Origin: Saccostrea cucullata
Taxonomy: Eukaryota
Assembly (NCBI RefSeq): GCF_032062105.1
Contig: NW_026940638.1
Coordinates: 744,001-808,000 of the forward strand
DNA length: 64,000 bases
Reading direction: 5' to 3'
Shown here: positions 51,201 through 64,000 of the stretch, one piece after another
How positions within the stretch are numbered: the first letter of the stretch is position 1
Layout of the letters: each line of letters starts with the position of its first letter
Notes under the pieces: model-generated
The model's database searches: none
Told to the model about the DNA's origin: nothing
Seen by the model: the letters and a program-made list of their open reading frames with translations, nothing else
Translations under genes and position numbers: made by a program

Positions 51201-52619
51201 TGACCTGAGGTAACAGAACTACTATTGACTATAATATAAATATGGCACGCATGATCAAATCCCCTCATACTAATCATACTCATGTATCCAAAATCCCCTT
51301 CAAAAATGATACTATGCACACATGTACCTACTCCAGAAAAATGTGATCAGTCAATGCTACCTTAGAATCAAGGAATCATTTGTAAAGATCACATGAAATT
51401 TGGATCACAACAAGAATTAATGATTGATTTAAATATGAAAAAAGATCACGAAAGTTGATAAAACTGATTTGTTTGATATTTCGTATAATAATTTTTTTGA
51501 AGAAATTCAATTTGTGCATTAAACTTCTCTTGCAATATTGTGAATTGTTTTATATGGTCACATGTATATACATTGAACCATCAACAATTATTCCCAATAA
51601 AGATCACATCCATTAAATGTTGAGATTGCATAAATTTAAAACGCGTACCAATACTTTATACAATTTTTTTTGTGATCTATGAAAAGAGATTAGTAGTAGC
51701 CATATATTTGTACAAAATATACAGCATACTGAAGGCAATAATAGTTCCATGGGTGATTATTCTGATCAGTGAAATCTGACCAATAATATGACATTTTCCC
51801 CTAGAAACTTAGTTAACTGGTAAATATATAAAATAAAATAATGTGAAATGTAATTATCAATACATGCAGTGTTGTTGTCATCATAACAGTCATATACAGA
51901 TATCCTGATTTTAAATTTTTATTAATTTTTTTAAAGGAACTTAGTGATATTATATAAATGTTTTCCAAGGACACCAATATGAACCAAAAATCATTATTTT
52001 ACTAGTATATCATTACTTTTTGTTTTGAAAATATATTATTAAGATAGCAACGGAAATTGACATAAGTTCCAACTATCTAGGTACAGTAATCCCCTTTTTT
52101 TCTTGACTGAGCAATTGGTGCATATGTTCATGTTTACCTTGGTGTAACTAATTAACCAACATGCTTGATAACAGATATACAAGTGATTAAGGTACGCCTG
52201 TGTGATTTAATTTATTTTGACATGGGTTTAAAAGACTCTTTTGGTAATTCCTTTCTATTCTTGTGATTGTTCTCTATCAATTATTAGCAATTAGTAGTGT
52301 AAATATTCCCAGTGTCACCAATAAGCAAAATAAAACCTGGAGAGATGTAACCTTGAGTCAAGTATTCATTGTATTCAATGCACAATGAATCTGCATTTTT
52401 AAAAAAGCAAGTTTGAAAACAAATTTATTGATCTGAAGGATCCTTTTAAACAAAATAATAGTGCAGAAATTTGTACAGAAAAAGTAAAAAAAAAAATATG
52501 CCAGAAATTTATACAGAACAAGTAAAGACTCTTTAAAAAAAAAACAACCAATAGAAGGGAAAAAATGGCTGTTAAGTTGCTAGGAAACTCAGGTGTGCTT
52601 GAGGAATTCTGCAAATTCA

Positions 52620-53190
52620 ATTATTTGCTATGAGGCAGCTAAGAACTCAAGTTCGATTGGAGGACTTTGGTAATGCCCAGTTGGCTTTGAGGTTCTAAAA
52701 TGGAAACTCAAGTTTGGTTGGAGGATTTTGCTAATGCCCTAACTGGCTTTGAGGGATCTTGGAAACTCAGGTTTGGTTGGAGGACTTTGCTAATGCCTTA
52801 ATTGGCCTTGAGGTTCTTGGAGACTCAAGTTTGGTTGGAGGACTTTGCTAATGCCCTAATTGGCTTTGAGATTCTTGGAGACTCAAGTCTGGTTGGAGGA
52901 CTTTGCTAATGCCCTAATTGGCTTTGAGATTCTTGGACACTAAAGTTTGGTTGGAGGACATTGGTAATGCCCTAATTGGCTTTGAGATTCTTGAAGACTC
53001 AAGTTTGGTTGGAGGACATTGGTAATGCCCTAATTGGCCTTGAGATTCTTGGAGACTCAAGTTTGGTTGGAGGACATTGCCAATGCCCTAATTGGCCTTG
53101 AGATTCTTGAAGACTCAAGTTTGGTTGGAGGTCATTGGTAATGCCCTAATTGGCTTTCAGGCAGCTAGGAACTCAAGTTTGTTTGGAAGA
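52620..53190. repeat. 58-bp minisatellite (~9-10 copies)
   Basis: ACTCAAGTTTGGTTGGAGGACTTTGCTAATGCCCTAATTGGCTTTGAGATTCTTGGAG; period 52823->52881. Confidence 0.9.
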
Positions 53191-54039
53191 CTCTTGCTTA
53201 ATCACCAATCTCAAAAGATCATCAGAAAAAGTGAAATTAATATATATATATTGTAAAGAAGTTTGTATCATCCTAAGAGATTCTTCTTGAGAGATCTTTT
53301 CTGAACATAAGCTGGTCAGCAGGGTGTAAAGTTTTAAAGGTGGCTCTACAACTCTCAGTTTCTATTTAGAAATATTTTAATATAGATACATGCATAAGAT
53401 ATTTATCAGAAGAATGCAGAAATAAGTACTAGATTGGTCGGCATTATTTTAAGGGGTTTGTAGACTTTATTGCAGGGATTTTATAGACATTATTGCAAGG
53501 ACTTTGTAGAACTATTTTAAAAAGTGTACTTCCAATAGAATTGCTTGTCATCATTGTATCTAATAATTTACCATTTATTTTACTCCCCATTTTTGGGCAA
53601 GCGTTTGTTCTTTGAAAGGTTTCTTATGCATGATCTCCAGCATGGAGTGTCAGAATGGAAGACTGTAGCTGCTAGCTACCTTGGGTACAACTTGGAGAAG
53701 AGTGTTTAGGAAGTTGGCGGCAACCATACAATGATGTATGACATACATTCTCTGATGGTAAACATTGTCTATTGACATGGTAAATAGAGGGGGTATTGAG
53801 GAGATACTCCTATCCATTATGCTTATTATCTGATCTTGTTGAATTTGATGATTTGAGCAATGAATTAAAATTGATTCATTGTCCTCAAAAGGACTTTCAC
53901 AGTAGTTTGGGATTTCTCCAGATTTTGCTCAAACCTTTGATCTGATGATTTTTTTCTCTTCTACTTCTACTGCATGAACTATTATATTGAATTGATTTGA
54001 TAAGAAGATACATACAATCAACTCCCAGTCTTTTTTCTG

Positions 54040-54960
54040 AATGAAATATGAGGATAACACAGTAATCAAGCTCAAAGGATGATTGAACAATATACATTTT
54101 GTGTAGAGCAAACACAAACCTCTCAGAACATCAGATGGGATCAGGTGTCATGGAGGTGAACCCATCCCCTTTTGATCAGTAATACTTGTGATGATTTGCT
54201 CCTTGTTATAATTGGGAAAATAAAATTGTAGATAATTCATTGTGAAGATAATGGTTCTAAATATTAAAAAAAAATGTCAATTGCAACATTCAAATTAATG
54301 ATAGATTCTATTTGCTGAAGTCTTTCTATTGACCATAGACTTTGTGAAGTGTTTGACTGTAGAGTTCCTAGTTTTATCAATTTATTTGTCAATAGCTTGC
54401 CATATTTTAGAAATTGTTCCTATGTAGCTGACATGCTCTTGGATATCAAATCAACTGGGTGACATAAACTCCATATGCAAGTGCTAAGGGTATTTTGCTA
54501 AGTAAGTAAGGAAAATTAATGATAGAAAAATTGAGGTCATCATGTTTTTTCATAAAGTTTTGTTGTAAGGTTATCATTAACATCTTAATTTGAGTTAAAC
54601 ATCCAGTCATGAAAAAGATGTGTCATACACTGTGATATCTTTTATTTTTAGTTCAAAGGGATATATATATATATATCAGAAATGAATATTTTTAATTGGT
54701 AAAAAGCCATTGATGTATCTAAATGTTGCAGTGAATACCAAAGCAAGAGTCTTCTTCTTTTCAAGTTTTTGTGTAAATTCTGCTTTATTTGTTGTAAATG
54801 GGTGCTATTGTATATTTGAAAAAAGGTTATGTTCTGAGAGTGTTGTTTGGAAAAGAAATAGGCAATTTTGACATTCCTTATTAAAATGAAGAAATATTTT
54901 AGCCAACTTTTTACCACTGTACATTCCTTTGATATAAGTATCTTATCCATTAGTTGCTGT
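54040..54960 (-). mobile_element. Old CpG-decayed Naiad/PLE fragment
   Basis: Aligns with 13180-13480 (CTCCATATGCA, ATCAACTG) and the 3' UTR motif GGGATCAGGTGTCATGGAGG. Confidence 0.7.
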
Positions 54961-57257
54961 GAAATTGAAGAGTATCTGTAAGAAGTAGAAATTCTTGGAG
55001 CTAATCCTGGGTTGTGGATAGGTAGACAGATAAGAGGTCCTGTGTTTACCCGGGGATGAGAGCATGTGATCTCTGCTGACTTGTCATGTCTGTCAATAGG
55101 AGCTGCATTTCCCCTGACATGTCTGGAGCATTAGTTTGTTTGATCCTCAGTAATTAGGCTCCAGGTCTCCATAATACATGTATAGATTTATAGTTTCCTA
55201 TTTTTTCTGGCATTTACTTATTTCAAGCTCTGCATTATTCACTGGCGTACCATCTTATCTTTATAGTTTTGGTGATCAATTATTACTACAGATTTTTAGA
55301 ATGATTCAGCAAATTCTGCTAATGTTAATAATTAACACTACAGACATATTGTCATTTACATAACATTACATTTAAGTATATCTTAAGTAACATAATATGT
55401 CATTCAGTTTAATCTTATATTTATTTATATTATAAAGTATATTTCTTTTGTAATTCATAATACCCCCCGCTTCAATATGGGTAACTATCTGTTACGTTTT
55501 GGGGTACCCATCTCTTATCCACAACTCCTCATATTCCATTGAAAGAAATTTTTAATGAGACTTTCACAGAATCTTTGTTACGTAGTGCCATTGTGCACCT
55601 ACTATTTTTTCTTTTGGGTCAGATACTTATTTCGGGTCTCACAGAGCAAAACATGCACTTTGCCATTATAACCATAATGGGAGGCCGGGTATCATATGAT
55701 ACCTGTGATTTTATTGAAGAAAGTACTTGATAGGACATTACTATGAATCTTTAGTCTACCCTACTCCCTACAAACATGTGCAGTATAGGTACAATGTATA
55801 AGAAGAATTGTGATTTGGTTCTGGAGTCTTGTAGAGACGACCAATAATAAATTGAATTGGATGATTGGAGTAGATTGTTGAGTAAAATGAACTGTGACAA
55901 GAAGGGTTGTGGTCAGAAAAGTTAGTTTCATGCTTGCTCTTAGAAATGTAATAAGAGTTCAAAGGGCTTTTTAAGCTTTAGTGTACAGACATGGGTGCGT
56001 TCAGAAGGTTGAGAAAGTTTGAGAGTTAAAATTAATGGTTACTAAAAGGACTGATAATCAAATTAGAAGGAATATACTCAGTTTTGGTTTTGAACCCTGT
56101 AGTGCGTTGGCACCTTGTAATTACTCGACCCTCTCTGTCCATAGATCAATACTGACAGACCTGTCACATTGTCTTCAGAATTGACAATGCAAATAATACC
56201 CTTTCTCTGTGGCTCTCGGTTGACAGGTTAAAAAGATCGCTACCTTCAATTTTATTATTATGCACACAGAAAAATGTCAATACAGGAGATCTGAAAGATA
56301 TGAAATGTGGGACAGGGAATAGCAAAGATAAGTCTTTGATCCTTAGGGCTTAAAAACTCGCTCGTTGAAATGTTTGAAGAAGAACCCTGTCTTTTGTAGG
56401 AAAAAACAAACAATTTTCACACTGTTAGATATGTTTTTGAAATGTAGCACCTGTAAAGTTCAGGATTTTAGAACTCCCTCATGTGGTTCAAATATGATTG
56501 AAGTACTTTGATGATCTTAAAATAGTTCTATTGTGTTACAGATAGGTAGTGCAACATCAATAACATGGGGTGTTGTGCAACTCAATATTCAGATATTGAT
56601 TGTCATTTTACTATAGATACTTTTTCTTGAGTTGACTATAAAGTTATTGAATACTTTTAAAATGAAAGTTTTTTTTTCCTAAGAAAACTGATCAAGTTCC
56701 ATACAATTCACTTGAATTTTCAGAATCTTAAATTGATGTGCAAAGAAATGCTTGAAATTAGTTAAACTATCATTACTTCTTCATTTCTTATCTGATTTTC
56801 AACTTTTTTATATTAATTTTTGAAACGTTAATTTTTAAGGGTTTCCATCTTCATGGAAGACCTTAATATTTAATATTGTTTATTCTTCTTATTTTTCTGA
56901 CTTTCTAATTATGTGCATGTGATTTCTCAAAAACTACTGAATGGATTTTAATGAAATTTGCAGGAACAATGTGTTGTAATCTATAGTAATATTTTATCTA
57001 AGAAAAAAATTTTAAAAATCACCTCCGGTGCCAAGAAATAAACCATTCCCTGAATTTAAAATGACATATTGTCAGCAGATAATCTCAAGAACAGCAAAGA
57101 ATATAAATGTGAAACTTGTAGGGATTATAGATTGTGATAAATACTAGCCAGGATGTGACTTTTTGTTCCTCTTCAGTACTTCTGGTCAGTACTGGATACC
57201 AATTCAATTTTTAAAACTTTTTTTCCCTAATATTTTTTTAATTCATGCAGTAGTAGC

Positions 57258-57734
57258 TAAGGGCTGTATCAATATATCAATACGTATCGATATTCAAGAA
57301 AAATATCGTATCGAAAAATAACTTCCAATACGTATCGGACAGACAGTTTTTCTTCTAATTCTGTTAAAAAGATGGAAATTTCAATCACAAAAGATTATAT
57401 TTCACTTTTTTGAAATAAAACTGTTCAATAATTATATAATTTTTGGGGAAATAATACAGTTATTATAATTGTTTCAAAATACAAAGAGAATTTTATTTGA
57501 ACATGTTGAATTTACTGTCATTAAAAGTTTTAATTTAAAGTGTTATTGGTAATGTCAATAAGACAAGAACTTTAAAATGGGTAATAAAACACTTAATCGC
57601 TATGAAATTTTTGCATTAAAATGGTTTATAAGCCTTTTCTGATGGACTTGTTTTAGAATCCAATATATCGCATATCGCTTAAAAAAATATTGTATTGTAT
57701 CGTATCGAAAATTTTGGCTCAATACACAGCCCTA
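57258..57734. mobile_element. hAT-type MITE, 8-bp TSD
   Basis: TAAGGGCTGT...ACAGCCCTA; GTAGTAGC duplicated; subterminal (TATCG)n. Confidence 0.8.
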
Positions 57735-60700
57735 GTAGTAGCTCTAATAGAGGCTCTTCTGATAATGCTCAATAAATTATTTGCTTTAAAATTTATAAAT
57801 CCCAACTCTAGATATTTGCGTTTTAATATTTGAAACAGTGGTCCAAAATGGTGGCTGTCTCTTTTAACTCTGATGCGATGGTTGGTGTTAATGGAGACAG
57901 CCATCCGTCTGGTTGACCAAAAGTGCTGTAATGATCAATGAAAGGTGAAGAAATTGTAAGATCTGGCAGGTCTTGGAAATGGACAGTTTGTCTTTGAAAA
58001 CATATTAATACTCTGATCTCCGTATGCAATATAAAATAAGTAATTTGTATTATACATTTAATTTTATATAAAATGTATGAGGATGGAGAATCAGATGGAA
58101 GATTTCTCTCTGCTTGCAAATTTAAGAGATCACATCTAGTTTATTTTATATTGCAAATTCTAGCTGTTATACATGTAAACTGTTTTACATGTATTATTGT
58201 TTGTCATTGTAAACACTCAATAAGGTTAGTGAATTTCTGTAAAAAAAACTGTGTCACTTTTGAAATTATCATAATTAATTATATTAATTTGTTATTATCT
58301 GAGCTCACTGGCACATGAGTAACTTGGCTGTGTTCACTTTTGAAAGAATGTTAATGCATCAACTCTTGAATGAAATCATTTCATCAATGAATTTTATCTA
58401 GTGAAAAATTGTTTAAATTTATAGAATAATAATTTTGCTTTTAGTAAGTAAATTGAAGAAATTTGGCATTTTCTTAAAGTAAGTACTGTACATTTTCATG
58501 TAAAAAAAAAAAGGTTATTGACCTCTACCAGGCTCCATGTGTTAATGTAGACAATAACCAAACTGTAAATGTATAGACAGTACTCAAATTGTAAACAAAG
58601 TTTTATTCATAGAGAGCTTGTCAATATAAAATGTATGTGTGCCCCTTTCTTCCTGCTGTAATTAAGATTGCACAATCTCTTTGAAGTTTTTGTGATATTT
58701 TATGAGTTCAAAAACCTCTGTTTACTAGATACTCAAATAGTGATCAAATATTAACAATTTTGATTCCCTCGAGTGCTTGCAAATTGAATCACCCAAAGGC
58801 CTTGGAACACATAATCATTTAAGATCATCAATGTATGTAATAAACAATTTTTTTAAATCTGATTGTTGCTTGGGAAAACAAATCTGTCAAGGAGGATAAA
58901 CTACAGAGCTAAAAAGGTAAAAGAAGTTGCCTCCCTTTTCACATCAAGAAAAAAAGTTCCCTTGTTCTGTAATATTAATGTTTTTTTGTAATTTTTTTTT
59001 TCAAATAGGATTGCGTATCAAATACTGTAATTGATTGAAAGTTGATTTGCATTTTGCCAGTAGCGAAAATTCAAATGACTTGTATTTTGATATTTACTGA
59101 AAGTGGATATGACAGTTTTACCATTTCCTGTGGAAGGTTTAATAACTTTCATCACAGCAGATGACAGGTACATCAATATTTTATGAGAAAATAGCAGGAT
59201 CTCCCTGCTGCTTTTGTATTTAGTTTCTGCTCAAAGGCACAATGTTAGATGTCAAACAAAATATAGTTTTCCTCATCAATTTGGGGCATGCACTGTAAAT
59301 TTTACTGAGTATAAACTATAAACCCCCTTTTTGGGGCCTGCAAATCGGGGGAGGGGGGGGGGTTGATTACAAAATAAAAATTATGGTACCAAATTTGACC
59401 AAGCAGCAATCTGGACATTTTACTTCACAGTATTTTTCACTTGAAAGAAAAACTGGTGAAAAACCTATTGTGGTGTGCCACCCCCCTTCTCACAAAATAA
59501 TGTAGGGGAAAAGGTGTATGTTATATTCAGCAAAATGTGGAGATATGAAACAAGTCAACTAAAATTGATGATTTTATCTTGTCTTAATATCAAAGAACCT
59601 CACATGATATTTTGCAACAAAATATTGGTTTAAGCAGGAATAATTTATTCAATAAATTATATAGATTAACTTGACACAAAATGTCTAATAATTCAGAAGA
59701 ATTGAACTCATTCTTAGTTACTATAACCATTGAAATATCATTGAAAGCTGTTAGATTTGACATGTCAAATTTTAAACTGAGAGTTTGAAGTTTTTGAAAA
59801 CAAATTTTATTATTCAATCTGTAAGACTCTAATTAATAAGCAATTCACCTAGTAATCTCTATTGCTCTGACAAATTTCTAAGATTGCTCAAGTTAATCAA
59901 ACCGTAATATAAATAATGCTTTTCATTACAAAGTAATTTATTACGGTAACTGTTTCTGAACAGGCAGATGATAGTAAATGTGGTACATGTATTTCTATGA
60001 AGTGTGGTTTATATTGTGAAGCAATATATTATGATGGCGTACATTTTAAACCAAATTGGAGTGATAACAACAGCCACGGGGGTGGCAAAACTAAGGTTTG
60101 ATAGTGCTGCCCGCCTGCACTAGGGGGTCCAGGGGTGGGGGGCCAGAGTGGACTTCAACTTATGAAGCTTTGTCCTTGCGGAGAGTAAATTGCTGCCCAT
60201 GCTCAGTCCTGTGGTAGATTATGTCACAAATAACATGGCCGAAATTTTATTCTTCCCAAGCCTGACACTGAAAAGGCAATCATATTGTATTATGTCATTA
60301 AAGAAATAAGAAATAACAATTTTTTACATGTACATGTGTCATGTTTATAGACATGCACCCCCCTACCCTTTGTGTTTTTCTTTTTTCTTTTTTAAATTTC
60401 ACTTAATTAAGATTGTTAAATTTATTATTGGAAAATTAGCATGACAGCAACTACCATATAGCAGAATCATCCTCTTAAGGAAATCTTTATTGTAGAGATA
60501 AATTATTTGATGGAGGGTTAATTCATCTTATGAATTTTTAATGTAATATTCTTCACAAGTTACATCATGTGCATTAATTATTCACAAGAAGGTTACAGAA
60601 ACAGAAAATCTCTAATTTATCTAAGACAGCTGTAATTCAGTTTCTTGGGAGGTTCTTCTTTGAGTAAGCTGGTATCACAAATGTGCTCACTAGAAGGAGG

Positions 60701-61228
60701 AAATCTGTTGGGATGTGTTTATTTAAAAGACATTTAGCAATATTTTTTTTGAATTGCTAGAATACTCTTGGATAATGTACACTAGGCATGCAAGTTTTCT
60801 TTGAGTGATTTGATAGATTGTACCAGAAATGTAGTCATTGCCATGACGATTCCACACACTCGATTCCGAACAAGGAAATCGCTGGACAATGTTCTCATCA
60901 TTAATGGGTTTGTAAAAGCCAAGCAAAAACATATATTCCTTTCCTTAATGAAAAAGATTTTTTTATATGTATTTATTGTTTTTTCCTTTATTTCGAGTCA
61001 AGCTGGAGAAATCTGTTTTTTCGCTTTCAGTTTTATAAACATTTCACAAACTGGAGTTCGGTTTCAGATTGCATTGCATTAAGAAATAGTACTGAACGGT
61101 CATAAATTTTGGACCAATGGTGAGCATGTTTAACCAGCAAAACTATGATATGCGTATAAGATTTAAGTATTGTTTTACAGAATGCAGTCATTGTTTTTTT
61201 CTTTTCTTTAAAGCAAGCAATTTCCAAT

Positions 61229-61766
61229 TATAGTAAAACTCGTTTACTACGAACACAGATATTGTGAATTCATGGATAAAGCGAAGTTATCTTGGATCCC
61301 CAGCTTTATCATCGTCGCAAACCACGGCCAAAATGTACGATCCTCTCCCATTCTGGCCGTGGTTGAACGAGGAAAGAATTCTTCGTAGCTCATTAAAATA
61401 TTGACCAATGCGAGTAAAGCATAGTCGGAAGATGAACTTTATCGCGACCTTTTAATATCCAATCGCAGTAAAGGAAATTTTTCTTGTATACTGTTGACGT
61501 CAGTTGTTGATTTCGATTGCGATGGAAACAAAACTTGCCACTGACTGAATATGACGTCACAATAGAGAGGCATGAATATTCAAGATTACGACACTTTTTG
61601 TGATCAAGCAGCCACGGGTAGGAGAGAGCTATATGTGGACTCTGGACCGTGGCTTGAGACGATGCAGCTTTATAAATTTAATGAATTCCTTATACATATT
61701 ATTATAACGAATTACATATATTGCAAAGTCCCAGTGACTTTGTTATAACCAAATTTTTACTGTATA
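61229..61766. mobile_element. Tc1/pogo-type MITE hosting a Mutator-like MITE
   Basis: TATAGTAAAACTCG...TTTTTACTGTATA termini. Confidence 0.6.
61310..61664. mobile_element. MITE with 9-bp TSD (Mutator-like), copy 2
   Basis: CATCGTCGCAAACCACGG / CCGTGGCTTGAGACGATG; perfect TSD CAGCTTTAT. Confidence 0.85.
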
Positions 61767-61947
61767 TGTGTTTTCTTTTATTATTTGGCTACTATTGCAA
61801 TTGAAAGTTTCAGACAGATAGGTGGAGAAAACAATATGTTTTTACTGAAATAATTGAAACTTGCTATATTAATTTATATTTTTTCTGAAAGCAGAATCAA
61901 ATTACAGCTTTTCTTGAAATATGGATATTAAAATTTGTGGTAAACTC

Positions 61948-62813
61948 CAGGCTTGGGGTCAATTACTTTGAAATGTAATTAATTACTTTCAAATACATTG
62001 ATAATTTTGTCAATTACTTGCAATTACAATTACATTGATTTTTTCAAATGTAATTAATTACTTTCAATTACTTTGACAAATGTAATTAAATACATTTCAA
62101 TTACTTCGAGTTTTATTTTTATAAAAATAATGAAAAAAATTTTAAATAAGATTTTATTCGAACTTTCATTCAGTGTTTTTGTTCTTGGGTATGATAGGGA
62201 TTCACACCTGGTCAAAATTAGACCTTTACCTTATAATGAGTGTGACACACTGTTTAAACAAATAAAACATTATGAGACAATTAATTATTGTACAAACACA
62301 AGCCCATGCTACACCAGTATGGTGTATGGCAAGATCTTTTTTGTTACTTTCTCAAATCCATATTTTTGAAGGAAATAAATAATATCTATCACTATTCCAT
62401 TCATTATTTTCTATCTTAAAATGAATAGAATACAGGTAAATCTAAAAGGGGATGTAGTTAGTCTAATTGCTGTAAAACAAATTAACTATCAAAACATTTA
62501 TCATTGTTATTTGCAAGTGTGAATAGGGAGAACTGAGATTTATAAAACATGGGAATAAGTAATAAACCCACCAGTGTAAAACTATGTGGCAATATAAGAC
62601 ACTTTTTTAAATATAAACTTTCATTTTGAAAAAAAAGTAATTGAAATGTAATTGAAAAGTAATTGAAAATACATGACCCTTTTTGAAATGTATTTAAATA
62701 CATTCAATTATGTAATTGCAGGCTCTCTCAAATACAAATTACTTCCAATTACTTTGAAAAATGTAATTAATTACACTCAATTACAATTACTTTATTCAAT
62801 TACCCCATCCCTG
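61948..62813. mobile_element. hAT-type MITE, 8-bp TSD
   Basis: CAGGCTTGGGG...CCCCATCCCTG; GTAAACTC duplicated; (AATTAC)n subterminal repeats. Confidence 0.85.
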
Positions 62814-64000
62814 GTAAACTCATTAATTCCTGCTTTTTTCGGCCTATACATTCAGTTGTAAATAAATGTGACTGTGCTAAACAACCGGATTAATAATAAT
62901 AAAAAAAATTTTAACACCCTAACTATTTTGGCAACTTTTCTTTGGAAAATCCCTTTGTGAAATATTAGACAAGGATGACAGTAATAAAATAATTAAGCTT
63001 GATTTATTCATTAAATGCCTTGTGTCATGTATTAGGTTTGAGGAGAAACTGAATACATTGTCATCAATATAGCAGCTTTATTAAATTCTTTTCCATGTGC
63101 CAATACATCACTTCTAATCTCCAGAAAACCTTGCTTTTCATTCCCTCGGATTTGTATTCAGTTTCATTTTCAGACGTATAAAAGAAAAGATGCTAAGAAG
63201 CCATTAACTTGACAAGATTTGTGATTCGGCCATACAAACTTCGTATAAATGCATGGCATTTAATTTCTGATAATAGATTTGTTCTTTGCATCAATAGGTG
63301 ATATTTGTGAAAATGTCAGTGCAGATAATGCTAATAAGTCTGGATCCATCTTATCACAAATTTCTCCTTACCAACCAAGATAGTGTTATCATGGCTCGGA
63401 GCTTTCAGAGGAATATTAGCTTCCATTCCAATTGATGTAGAGAGTTCCGCGATTGTCAGCAAGTGGTTTGCGGAATTATTCGTTGATGACAGCAGTTGCT
63501 ACATGTAAATGCCTGTATAACTCTGAGATAGTAAACCTTGGTCTTTCAAGTCGTCATTGTTTGTTTGTGATAGTTTTCATTGGACAGTCAATAGAAAGTT
63601 AAATTGACTGCCAGTGTAGGCACTTTCAATATTGAAGTTGGCCACGCTTCATTTGTCAATATGAATATCACATAAGAAATGATGTGCCATTTTATTTTGG
63701 CTGGCTTAATACCTTTGTTTCAGGAATGTTCGTGTAAACACAAAACTGGAAATAGTTTATCATACCTGATAATTGACTCACCAATCAGTGGCAACATATC
63801 TTCACTCACCTTTGTTTAAATAAAAACATGTAATTGGAAGTGTTAACAGACATAAGGTGATATTTATAAAGTGTCCGTTGGTTCATTCCTCATAGAAACT
63901 AAAGGATTAACTTTCAATTCTCTAGCAGTAATGTTGGATTCTGTGAGTGAAGAAGCATGGCTTGATCTTATTGTGAATTAGTAAGATGGGCCTTTGTGGA

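Noticed and set aside
53640-53710. Possible internal exon after ctccag
   Set aside because: Stops in the frames checked and no convincing donor

Overview
AT-rich eukaryotic genomic DNA. The repeat families (Meta/Deu SINEs, Helentron-type elements with ~166-168 bp satellite cores, Naiad-type Penelope elements) point to a bivalve mollusc, probably an oyster; this is inference. 1.6-10.2 kb holds one complete multi-exon + strand gene (17 exons, ~961 aa) for an EFCAB6-like multi-EF-hand protein, with tandem RFX X-box-like sites upstream and a polyA signal at ~10.8 kb. 11-36 kb is a transposon graveyard: a 12.5-kb degenerate 60-bp-unit macrosatellite carrying in-phase SINEs, many Naiad/PLE 3' fragments, a Hero non-LTR relic with nested insertions, a solo LTR and many MITEs. 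A second promoter and first exon (ZNF143- and YY1-like motifs, GTAAGT donors) probably lie at ~36.5-36.85 kb, followed by a long CpG-depleted, intron-like region to the end of the window. The most notable findings are (i) a miniature LTR retrotransposon (TRIM) at 20087-20437 whose LTRs each carry a tRNA-like Pol III cassette, (ii) a conserved pseudoknotted multi-stem RNA motif in the Naiad 3' UTR, and (iii) an intact, TSD-flanked SINE whose tRNA head is replaced by an RTE-like structured 5' module. Most ORFs in the supplied track are spurious.
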